From Vitrella brassicaformis CCMP3155 (taxonomy: Eukaryota; Protista; Chromerida): DNA of 64,000 bases. Positions within the stretch are counted from its first letter, which is position 1; the number at the start of each line of letters is the position of its first letter. Under the pieces are notes generated by a model. It was not told the DNA's origin and did no database searches. It saw only the letters and a list, made by a program, of their open reading frames with translations. This document shows, one piece after another, positions 23,903 through 34,973 of this stretch. Made by a program: the position numbers and the translations under genes. Where the stretch lies: positions 179,395 to 243,394 of the forward strand of contig CDMY01000878.1 of NCBI GenBank assembly GCA_001179505.1, written 5' to 3'.

Positions 23903-24438
23903 ATGGCGCAGCCACGCGCAGAGATGGACATCCCAGACGATGTAAGCGGCATGAAAGAACAAGATACGAAGGGGTGGACTCATCGACTCACTGCCTGTCT
24001 ATGTGATCTGTGTGGATCAGCTTGGCGACGACCAGACGTGCGCCACGTTTCAGTTTGTGAACGAGGACCACACGCTCGGCAACGTCGTCCGATACATGCT
24101 CATGAAGAAGTGCGCCGATAGATGTGCAGAAACCAATCCTCCCAATCTCTTTTGTGTGTGTGTGCAGCCCCGACATCGAGTTCGCAGGGTACTCGGTGCC
24201 TCACCCAACCGAGAACATCATGAACCTGCGTGTGCAGACGACCGAGCGGCCGGCGTCCTCTGTGCTGGCCGAGTCACTGACCAACCTGATGGCGGTGTGT
24301 CTGCACGTCAAGCGCACCTACAGGAAGGCACTGAGGATACACAGCAAATACCAGCAGCAGCAGCAGCAGCAGGAGGGGGAGGGTGGGGGTGCGTCTGCTG
24401 CTGCTGCCGCTGCTGCGGGGGGAGGGAGCAGTTCTTAG
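23903..24438 (+). CDS. POLR1D: RNA polymerase I/III subunit AC19 (RPAC2)
   Basis: CATFQFVNEDHTLGNVVRYMLMK|PDIEFAGYSVPHPTENIMNLRVQT is the RPB11/AC19 signature, with GYSVPHP typical of AC19. Confidence 0.93.
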
Positions 24439-24843
24439 CGGGAAGGTGGCTGTCGATTGTTTCCATCGTGAATGCAACACGCAGCCAGGCGGACAGACCA
24501 GCTCCATTGGATCTGCCCGCGTGCCTGCATGGCGCATGCATGAGCAAGGGAGCAACTGATGCCGGCAAACACCAACCTTTTGAGTGCGAGTGGGCGCTTT
24601 CGGTCTGTTTGTTGAGTAAGGAGGGATGGCTGTAAGTCGTGACGACTGTGACAGTCGTGTCCGTGTGTCTGTCTGAGTATGCGTATCGCCGTCAACACCT
24701 GCTATCGACAAGTACGTCAGAAACAGCCAATCTGCACCCCGCGTCCACACCACTCACTGCACATACGGAAACATCCATCCACCCATCCATCCATCCGATT
24801 AGGCACCTTCACCCACACACCACTGGTCTGTCTATCTGGCTGT

Positions 24844-26881
24844 CTAAATGACGCTCCAGAGACTGTCGACCGTGGCCCCCTCCCTCAGCTCCTCTATCGC
24901 CAAACCCAACTCGGGACTGAACACCGGCTCCCTGCAAGTCAGTCGTCACACGCCACATGGTTGACACACACGTGTTTCGACGTAAGCAGAATGGTTGGTT
25001 GCTGACTCACTTGGCCTCTGCCGCTTTCTGCCCTTCGGCGTAGTACAGCAGGGAGGGCTCCACATCCTCACCCGGCACTATCTGACCCGTGCATACAACT
25101 CCCACGTGTGGAGTGGATATACCTGTCTGTCTGTCTGTCTGTCTGGCGTTGTGTTGTGTTGTCAGCCGGTCGCCTACCTTACCTGCACATCGTCCTCTAA
25201 GTTGGGCATCTTCGGGCCGGTGGGGCCACTCTGACACAGCCAATACACAAACGAAGAGTGCAGTGGGCTGGGCTTGCTGTCCGTGTGTCTGTCTGTGTGC
25301 CTGTCTGTCTGCCTTTGTGTCAGTCACCTTCTCCTCTATCGAGTACTCAACGCCAAACACAGGGGTCTGCGAAAATACTGAATGGATGAACCATTACAGC
25401 GAACCAAGCGGTGGCAAAGTGAGCGAGAGAGAGAGGGTGCCCTCTCTCCGTGTGTGTGGTCACCTTTGTGCAGGTTGCTGATCTGCTTGTGCAGCTGGGC
25501 GAGCAGCTCTTGTGGGTCGGCGCGGAAACCCAGAATGTACCCCCCACTCGCCTGCCGCCCCAACACCCTCACACAGTGACATGACGCATCTGCTGCCTCC
25601 TCTTCACTTCCGCTTTCCTACTTGTGTGGTTTCGATGACCAGCGCCTCGCCGAACTTGGAGTTGCGCACAGAAATCGACTTCTGCTCAACGTACACGCGC
25701 GCAGATGCATATACTATGGCTGCACTCTCCTCCCCATGTAGTACCATCTGCAGATAAGGGACGGATACGTTGAAGTTCTCGGCGAGGTTGGCAAACCAGA
25801 CCACGCGCACCTGAGCAGGCCGACCGACAGTATGCCCATTATGTGCTTCCGTGAGTACAGACGTCATGCACTAGCTACGTTTGAGATGCAGAAGGTGCCG
25901 AGGTTGCCCTGGTCGGACGAGAGATTCCAAATGCCCGTCACCTGCAGTGCAGGCAAAGAGATACATACACAGATGATGGGGGATCCTGGGTACATACGTC
26001 AATGCACTCGACAGCTCGTCCGTCCTTGCCGCTCTGACCTTGTCATATAGGTGTTCGAGCGGCAGCATCACCAACTCCCTGTCCTGAATTATCGCACCCC
26101 TGACATACCCACACATACCACACGCACATCCATCACAACAGACAGACCCTCATGGCAAGGCAGTCACCTCAACTTCAGGTCCCGGTACAGCCGCGATGTT
26201 TCATACGCCCTGAAAGAGCAGCAGCACACACACCACACACACAGGCAGGCACGCAGTGGCATTCACAGCTCTGCAGCGAGGTCAGATCTCCCTCCTCGGT
26301 CCGCCCACCTGTGCACGGCGAGTATGGTGGTGAATAGCCTCGGCGAGTTGCGGACGAGGGACGTGAAGATGAACTCGAATCGCGTGCCGCTGTGCTTGGT
26401 CATCAGGAACAGCGCCTGTGTCGGGCCCTTGAGCTTTGACACCACCTGACGTACACAAGCGAAACAAGCGTTTCTGTGGGAGGTGCGGGGACGATCATTC
26501 ATTCATTCATTCATTGATTCATTTGTTCACCGTCAGACCTGCCTGATGTTGACCGATGTGATGCAGTTGAGGCCGATGGAGAGGTTGGTGCGCAGGTTCT
26601 TGGCTGCCGTCCATATCACACGCAGATTGGTCACCAGCATCATGCCCCTCTCGCCATTGTTGCCCTGAACGAAGGAACAAACCAACAGATGACCACACGC
26701 ATCCATGGACGCGTCCATTGTCGATGCGCCCATTGCTCTCTAAGGTTCTCTGTGGCACCTTTGTGTCCTCGATGGCGTTCATGGAGTCGATTTGTGTTTC
26801 TCCCGCCCTGAGCCTCAGCAGCTGCGGAGGCTGGTCAAACTTGATCTCACGGTCTTGCCACACGCACAACTCCTCCATCAT
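24844..26881 (-). CDS. BBS5: Bardet-Biedl syndrome 5 protein (BBSome subunit)
   Basis: [96 protein letters not shown] and ELGLAIE. Confidence 0.97.
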
Positions 26882-27639
26882 CGGTCCTTTTTTCGCACCG
26901 TCCCTTCAGGTTCCCAATCGCGATCGAAAGCTCGCTGAGATGAAGGATTTCTCTCATTCCCCAAGCGCATTGCAGTGCAGATTGAAGAAGTCTCACAGCA
27001 GTCATGCTCACGGTCTTGGCACAGTTCGTCCCGTCGCTCTTTTCTACGTTTGCAGGTCACTTCCTCACCATGAGTGAAGGCCCCTGCTCAAAGCAGTCAC
27101 CCGCGTGTATGAAGGTGGAGGTCACGTATGTGAGAAAGTGACACAGCACGTACAAAAAGAAGAGGAAAAAGATACTTATGTCACACCGCCCCACACGACA
27201 AGGGCAGGTGTGACATTATTGTCACGTCTGTGACCCACTCACCCGGATGCATGGAAATTAAACTATAAAAGATATATACAATTCATGCCATGCCACCCAC
27301 GGGCAAGGCCTTGCAAAACAGAAGGTGATTCTCTCTGCTCTACACAAGAAAAACTCAGCTCTCTCCAGACGGACAGACAGACAGACAGGCAGGCAGATAG
27401 ACCTATGGGCAGGGAGGGCACTAAGTATGAGGCAGGTGACCCTCTGAGAGCGCCCCCAGAGCACCGGACAGACAGCCCAAAGCCAGACACCGGCACTCAC
27501 AAACATGACAGGGAACCAGCTAAATGTACGGACGGACCTACTAGCTTCTTACGCCATCCATTCATCAATTTGTCGCGTCGACGTACACCGATGAATTCAT
27601 CGCCACAGACGTGCACGCATCACTTCATAGCAAAACAGC

Positions 27640-27900
27640 ATCGCTACGTGCCAGACACACTCTCTCTGTGTGCTTTCTAGAGGCCATTCAGCTGTCTCTG
27701 GTTCGAAAAAGACAGACAGACAGACAGACAGTCAGACAGACGTGCAAGCGGTCACTAAGTGCAAGACAGACACCGCGCTCTCTCTGCACTCAAACCGATA
27801 CATATATACATGGACACACACACACACTCACTTTCAGTACGTGTGCTTTCTAAAGGCCATGCAACTCTCTCCAGCTCCAAAAGTCATGAGACCGACCGAC
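27640..27900 (+). repeat. Diverged tandem duplication (about 170-bp unit) mixed with GACA microsatellites
   Basis: tgtgctttctagaggccattcagct (about 27669) versus tgtgctttctaaaggccatgcaact (about 27842); each is followed by GACA/GACC tracts. Confidence 0.5.
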
Positions 27901-29347
27901 CGACCGACCGACAGACAAACAAACAAACAAACAAACAAACAGGCAGACAGACAGACAGATGAGCAAGAGGCCACCACAAAGTTCGATACTCGCCATATCT
28001 GGGTGAGATCGATCGCCAGACAGCTCAAGGGGGAAATGAACACACGAGACACTCACACCCACCCATATATACACCTCAAGGCAGCGAAGTGTACGGGCCT
28101 ACTTACGTACCACATCCATGAATGCATCAACATGTTGATCAATTCTCCTTTGAGGTCGCGAAATTCGTTGTTTCGCCGACTCAAAGCGCTCGATGGATAG
28201 AAAAACAGCAACAGAAATTCATGTACGCTCACTCGCGGATGAGCACACGAGAGAAAAAGAGAGAGGCCGAGAAAGGAAAATACAGTGCCAAGAGAAGCAC
28301 TGTCAGTGATGGCCCTCCATGAAACAAATGGGACTCCCATCCAGGACAAACAAAGCGAAAGCAGCCTGGCCGCTCGCTCATTAGTGTGGCGGCTCCACGC
28401 TTCCCCTGGGCGCCTTGGCAGTGATCTGCTCGCAGGTTTTCTCAACCGAGGGGTCCAGGTGGGAGGAGAAGCTGCCGGGGATGTATATGGCCACACTGTG
28501 TCGGCGGCGGTCCGCAGCCAGCGACTGACCCAATGGACCGTTGGAGATGCGGCCAAGTGCAAGACCTCTCTCGCCCAGGAAGGCTGGCTCCAGATTCTAT
28601 CCATGTGCACACACATGAGTGTATGGCTGTTCAAGTGTACGCGCATTTCGTGCACGACTTACGTAGACGTCCATTGAGAAGCCGAAGCCGCCTCCCTTCC
28701 GCCCGGGGCCGTAGGACTTGGACTCATCAATCGCGGGCTCGGCCGTCACATAGGGGATGCTGATATGCGAGCCAATTCGACAGACAGGTGACACATATTC
28801 ACACACATACATAGAGAGAGTGCATGCCCGCCCGCCCTTGGCTTCTGACTGACCGCATGGTTTGGAACTCATTGCCCTGTGAGTCTTGTGCAAAGCAGGC
28901 ATAGAGGCCCGACCACCTGCATACACAAGACATGTGGCCTGTTGGAGGTGTTCTCGTAGGAATGCTCTTGTCTTACACGAACGAGCCAAAAGGCAGCTCT
29001 TGGAAGCGATCTGCAGACTTGCCCTGGTTCGGAAGGCCGTGGGGGTTGAGAATGGTGAGGAAAATGTAAACGGAGTCACAGCGGTCATTCGTGACCTGAA
29101 CAAGGCACAGCAGGCATAACCAAAAAGAAGATACACATATGAAGGCCCCTCTCGCAATTCCCTCTCGCGTTTGCATCGTGGTATGTCACTGACGGGAACG
29201 AGGTTGCGCCAGGGATGGTACCGCTGCACGTCTATGGATCGAATCTATGCACACACCCACACAGAGAGGACAGAGAGACAGAACACTGCACACAGGGCTC
29301 ATGCGCCTCCGGATGAAGCTGACGTACCTCGTAATCGACAGTGCTGT

Positions 29348-30139
29348 CTAGGGCATCATACGATAGTCGCACTCGTCGGTATCGAGGTCGCAGAAACACC
29401 AGCGCCCATCGGCAGTCTGGTCGCAGTGACCATCGTTCGTTTTGTAACTCTGGGGATATTTGTTGTTGTTTATCTGCAGCAAAAACAAGCCAGTAACAGA
29501 GAAGGGGGAGCTGTCTGTGTCTGTATATGTGTTATGTCTGAGTGCAGGTCAGTCCTTATGCTGCGTGAGACGAAGCGCAGCTGTCACTGTGGTCGTGCCC
29601 CCACGTACCATGAAGAGTCCGTACTCCTCACGGAAGAAGTCCACTGCCAACACACACATGGTCATACGAACAAACCTCCCTCACTCCTTTCTTGTGCGTA
29701 CCAGCGATCTGGCGGAACTCAAATGTGTTCTCCTTGGTTGTCTCATCCTGCGGATTGTCCAAGTTCTCGGGCTGCACGCGCAGCACCCCACATAGTGCAG
29801 CATAGCAAAATACTCCACAATGCGCAGACCCTGACTGCGGTGTGTACCTTGAGCTCCAGGTCTCTGGAGATGTGGATGAGGGTCTCGTACACCCTATGTG
29901 GGTCGCAAGCAGCTGGGTCGAAGAACTCAACGCCACCCGTCAGCTCTCTCTTTGCGGACAACAGTCCTCTTGACGTCGAGTTGGAGGCTGAAACGAGCGC
30001 AGACGAGCACATGCATAGAAAGCGTTGATGCAAAGGCCAAGTGCGTCATCTACTGGTCCACACCTGTCTGCGCGAAGGCGCAGTGTGCTGGGACCACAGC
30101 CAGCGTCAGCACCACCAGCACCTTGAGCGACATTGTCAT
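29348..30139 (-). CDS. Small secreted Cys-containing protein (about 148 aa), unknown function
   Basis: Five exons join in frame: MTMSLKVLVVLTLAVVPAHCAFAQT|ASNSTSRGLLSAKRELTGG...LELK|PENLD...RQIA|VDFFREEYGLFM|INNNKYP...HCDQTADGRWCFCDLDTDECDYRMMP*. Confidence 0.7.
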
Positions 30140-31399
30140 CGGATCAGCCAAATAGGACAACGAACGCAAAGCGGAGTCGAGCAGAAGTAATCCAGAGAAT
30201 TAGCAGCGGCCTACCGACTTTCAACCTGTACGCAACGGCGATGTACTTGACTGAAACTGGCCACCGGGCGGGATCCTCGCCGCTAAGCCCGCAAAGAGAG
30301 GAAGAGAGAGAGAAGGGAGGAAGCTTGTGCTTGTGCTGTCTTTTCCTTCTTGTGGCTGCAGGTGAAGCAAAGCACGGTCTACGCGTGAAGTCAAGATGGG
30401 TCAGCAGACTTCCAGATCTCGTGGTGCTCATCAGCCCGTCAGCAACATCATCCGTGTGCGAGTCACTCATGATGGCAGAAGAGGCGGCGAGAAAAGTAAG
30501 CTGTCACTTCCCTTTCCCCTGGCTGCACGTCTGACACACTGCACATGTGGATCTGTGTTGCGTTCAGTGAGCATCGTCGGCAGCCGTGGTCGTGGCCGCG
30601 GTCACCTGCTGAAACCTCTGCTCGTGGAGCCGCGCAGCCCCGGTGAGCGGGCGACTCGCGGCATCGAGATCGAGATGGCAGATGCGTCAACGTGGCGGCG
30701 AAAAAGGAAAGGCGCCATCACAGACACATCAGGGGAGGAAGAGACCACTGCACTGACCGGTGAGAGCGAGCGAGCAAGATCACGCAGCGAGGCATGTGCA
30801 CAGGTCCTCACGTCTTGTCTGTGTATCTGTGTGTCTGTGTGTCTGTGTGTGTGTTTTGGGTCGTGACAGCATGATGGCGTCAGGAGCAGTGTAGCCTTTA
30901 CTGCGTAGAGAAGTGCGTCACTGTTGGCCTCCAGGAGAAGTGTTCCGGTTCATGGGCCCCGATATATGGCACATGCCTTCCGCCGTGCCACTCATCGCGA
31001 CACTGTGCCCTTCACTTGGGTGGATCAATCAATCGGTATTGCCCGTTTTTGCGTGGTTCCTGGATGTACACAATGGTCTTTTGTAAGTGATGTGCCTGCT
31101 GGCGGGAGCGGCAAATAGCCGCAGCCAGGCGGTGTGTATGTGTTGCGGCGTGCTGGGGCATGCCCTCGTTTCACTGCTGCGTGATCCCACAACAGGCGAG
31201 GCAGCAGGATGGTAGGTAGAGCGTGTTGCGTGCGTCTATGAGTGTTTGTGTGAATCAGTGGATGACTGCACTGCATGTACTGTAACCACCGGACGTACAG
31301 AGCATGAGCACTGCAGTGCAATTGATGACACACGAGAAGGCAGAGTCAAGCTCACCACACGCACACAGCAAAATGTATCGTTCATCAAACACAGACAGA

Positions 31400-32300
31400 A
31401 ATTGCTGTCGACTGCATGCGCCGACCCCGTGACATATAGACATCACCTCCGTCGACATCCGGCGAGTCCACTACCAGGCTCTCAGAGTGTGCCACACAAG
31501 GCCTCGACCGTCTTGACAGCCCACTCGGTCAGCGGAAGCAGAAAGACAGCCCTGGTCGCCTTGCTCAACCGCGGGAGCCACGTGGTGAGCTGCTTTTGTG
31601 TCTGTGGGGCGAGAGCGGTCGAGCCCTCGAAGTGGACCGTCTGGTGCCCTTTTGGGTTGACGGCGAGGGAGTGGAGGGAGGGGTGGGTGGGCGAGAGGCT
31701 GCCGATGATGGTCTGAGTGCCCAGCAGCGGGCTGAGCATGGTATAGATGAGCGTGTCGGGCAGCGCCAGCAGACGGGGAGGGGGCGGGGACTGAAGACAA
31801 GAGAGCGGAAAAGAACACAGACGGGCATGTGAAGTTGACAGGCCACACATCACATGTGTCCATCGCACCTGATGGCGGAGAAAGGCCTCGATGTATTCCA
31901 TCTTCTCCTCAGCCACTGTGATCTGGGCGTTTCTCTTGGCCAGTGAGTCCTCCCGGCAGATGGCATCCATGACACTGGAGCAGATGCGATGCTGGACAGT
32001 CACGTGCTGAGGATGCACACACGGACGCACACTGGGATGGCATGCATTTGTGCCTTCGTATTGCTTGCCGTCCCTCACGCTGCTCTCTTGTCAGCCGCTC
32101 TTCTCTGGCGAATGCATTCCAATGCCGCTCCAGCTGCAAGACACACACACGAAAACAAACACGGCATGGAGGCTGTCTTTCGTAAGCGTAACGGACCCAC
32201 CCGTTCGAGTACGTCGTCGATTCTCTGTGCTGTACGGCGATGGGCATCGGCCACCGAACGCAGGGCGCCCATGTCGGGCACGTCAACGGCCATATCGCGG
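31400..32300 (-). pseudogene. F-box-like lineage-expanded family member, frameshifted/truncated
   Basis: RLLALPDTLIYTMLSPLLGTQTIIGSLS is F-box-like and paralogous to the 36.8-kb exon. TGA at about 31482 with continuation ESLVVDS in a shifted frame. Confidence 0.55.
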
Positions 32301-32868
32301 CGTTTGTCACATGCTGCTGAACTGAGCTGCCGCCTGTGATCAGCCTGTGATGCAAAAACGGAATTTCGCTGCCCTAACTCCTCTCCAAAATGGCAGAATG
32401 TGCGCTTTTCGTCCGATTCTTTCGGAAAATGGCGTGTGGAGAGTGCTCACAAAGTCTGGCAGACAAAATCGCAAAACGAATTTGCCAACTCTGAGAAAAA
32501 CGATAATTCGATCCTCACTCGATCCGAAGAATTAGCTCGCATTCGTGAGAATGCGCTCTTCGAAACCCCGCCGCTGCTGCTGAGAAGCGTTGGCGTGTCA
32601 GGAACGCCTCGAGGGCAGCTCCCTTTGGCGGCTGGAGGCTTCTGTTGGGGAAATGGGTATGATGCTGGCTGCAGCCTTTAGAATTGGTTTCCCAACACTT
32701 TCCAGCCGGCTACGAGGACGGACACATCCCCCTGTGTAGCGAGGCCTCTGTCACGCCCGAGCTGTTGTTGTGTTGTTCGGTACGCTCACGAGAAGATCAA
32801 GGAGTGCAGCAGTGAACGTAGCAGTGACCTATCGATGCATGTGTTCTCTCTCTGCGGATTAGTCATAT

Positions 32869-34503
32869 ATGGCGAGCAGCAACGCAGTGCCAGCCAGCCA
32901 GGGCGGCCGCTCCGTCATTCTCGAGGGCATCGATATGACGCTGCCGACGGGCACCAACGGGCCGACCAAGCGCCTCGTGCAGCGCATCCTCCGCCGCAAC
33001 GTTACTGCTGCTGGTGTGGCGAACCTCACCAGCCGAGGCGCTGATGTGAACGTCGCCGTCACGCTCATCTACCGAGACGATGCTGTGGCGGTTCGTCTGA
33101 GCGCCCTCGCTCTCGCCATCGACACCAGCAGCTACTTCTCTCCACTGGCATGTCGGAGTGAGGGCGCATGCGTCATCCTGCCCCTCTGGCCGACGCGGCA
33201 GCATCAGGAGGACATCATCACGGCACTGCTGGCGGGAGAGGCCTACATCGACGGACACTACGGCCACAACTTGATGCCCGTCCAGATGGCCAAGCAATCC
33301 CTCAACCTCACAGCGCTCAACGCACTCCTGACCAACAACGCCGAGGTCAGCAACCTTCCGACACCCATTCTCTTCACCGTCGACGGTCTTCTGCCCCAAT
33401 CCGAGGCCGAGGAGGAGGCTCTGACGGCGATTACTCACCGCTTGCTGCTGCACGACCCCTCCCTCGCCACCGAGACGGACGTCTTTGGCTTCACACCTTT
33501 GCACGACATGGCCAGCCTGCGGCTGTCTGAAGGGTTCATCAACGAGTACATGGACACGCTGGTGAACTTTGGCGCCGACGTAACAGCCGAAAACGGACAG
33601 GAAAAGACGCCCCTGATGTCTGCAGCCGGTTCTGGCGCCTACTTGCCGCTGCTGTATCTCTGTCAGCGGCTCACTGCTGCTGACATCGACCACCAGACTC
33701 ACTTCACACACAGGACTGCTCTCAGCTTTGCTGCACGAGGGCTGCAGTGGGGTATCGAGAGTGGCGATCCTCCTGAAAAGCTGAACGACGACCACAAGAA
33801 ATGCATCTGCACGTTGCTGCGATATGGCGCCAGCATCGGCCTGCTGCCCACTGATACCCCAGATAGGCTCCAGCAGTCGTTGGTGCTGGAGCAGTACGAG
33901 GCCGTCCTCAACGAGCTGCCGTCCCACGTCATGGCCGCCATCAACGCCGCACTCGAGCCGCAACGGGACACAGCCGCCCGCATCGGCTGTCTGCTGCCCA
34001 TGGCGCCACACCATGACGGTGCCTACCCCCACCCCTCCCCGTCCAGCCTCTCATTCGGGCCCCAGGAGGCCACAGCCATCGCATGGAAGATCGGCGCATT
34101 CTCCCACGACCCTACAGCTGCCCGTGCCGCCATCGACGAGTACCTGGTCGCCGACTCTCAGCTCAAGCGCCGCGTGAGTGCTGCCGTCGACCACTTTGTC
34201 GAGCAGGCGGCGACCAAGACGGCGGGCAATGCGGAGGTGGTGGGCGCGATGGCCGATGTGGAGGGCGAGACGGTGCGGGTGCCGCTGCAGTGCTTCGCCA
34301 TCAATGGGCAGCGCGCACACAGGCGGCTGGGAGTGCGTGAGGTGGTGCATCGGGCAAGGCTGGACGAGGCGGCCGCATACAGCCTGACGGGAGTGGTCAA
34401 GGGCTTCAACACCCACCTCGGTAATGACGATTGCAGTTTTCAGTGGGGGCAGCTGGGCCATGTCCACCAGTCTGGTCGCTTCGTGCAGCTAGCTATCAGC
34501 TGA
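32869..34503 (+). CDS. Intronless ankyrin-repeat protein with a lineage-specific C-terminal domain (544 aa)
   Basis: Ankyrin motifs GFTPLHDMA, TLVNFGADVTAENGQEKTPLMSAA and RTALSFAA. C-terminal AAINAALEPQR...HHDGA...LSFGPQEA.AIAWKIG...VVKGFNTHLG. Paralogous to the N-terminal half of the 8805 gene. Confidence 0.9.
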   Translation: MASSNAVPASQGGRSVILEGIDMTLPTGTNGPTKRLVQRILRRNVTAAGVANLTSRGADVNVAVTLIYRDDAVAVRLSALALAIDTSSYFSPLACRSEGACVILPLWPTRQHQEDIITALLAGEAYIDGHYGHNLMPVQMAKQSLNLTALNALLTNNAEVSNLPTPILFTVDGLLPQSEAEEEALTAITHRLLLHDPSLATETDVFGFTPLHDMASLRLSEGFINEYMDTLVNFGADVTAENGQEKTPLMSAAGSGAYLPLLYLCQRLTAADIDHQTHFTHRTALSFAARGLQWGIESGDPPEKLNDDHKKCICTLLRYGASIGLLPTDTPDRLQQSLVLEQYEAVLNELPSHVMAAINAALEPQRDTAARIGCLLPMAPHHDGAYPHPSPSSLSFGPQEATAIAWKIGAFSHDPTAARAAIDEYLVADSQLKRRVSAAVDHFVEQAATKTAGNAEVVGAMADVEGETVRVPLQCFAINGQRAHRRLGVREVVHRARLDEAAAYSLTGVVKGFNTHLGNDDCSFQWGQLGHVHQSGRFVQLAIS

Positions 34504-34973
34504 CTGGGAGAAGGGTGGATGGATGGATGGATGGAGCCGTGTTAAGCCTCCTGTGTACTGTACGTGATTATGTCTTGTGTTGCATGGTGCGCTGCGTCGT
34601 GTGATGAACGGTTTTGCCTTGTGTGCATGTCCGTGAGTGAATCGATGGCTCCTGTTGACAGGAGCCTCAAGTGCCTGCATTGAACGTGCCTTCAATCCTG
34701 ACCATAAATAGGATAAAGCTGTCCATACCAGCACACGCACATCACTGAAGAGCTCTCATTGGCACACCCATTCTTTCGCTCGACAGCAGTCTCGTGCGCA
34801 CAAATGTGTGAAGCGATCAGCGCGTCAACCACTGATGAGTGAGGCATCGACCGCTCGCACACTCCCACACACAAGAGGCTTGCAAGAGAGGCCAGCACGT
34901 GCAGGTCTTCGCCCACAATCAGGAAGACACATACAGCTGTTCCTGCTCTGCTGGCTACGCCGCCCTGTCCGTC

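Noticed and set aside
27950-29120. Exon-like fragments (e.g. HVACWRCSRRNALVLHERAK...)
   Set aside because: I could not assemble a consistent spliced frame or recognise a family; a gene may exist but is not supportable here.
30400-31150. Possible plus-strand gene (MAEEAARK...)
   Set aside because: Splice phases are ambiguous and there are no motifs.
32863-34032. 389-aa antisense ORF (similarly 10214-11353, 45699-46778, 12508-13557)
   Set aside because: These are antisense or alternate-frame shadows of GC-rich coding genes with no recognisable motifs.
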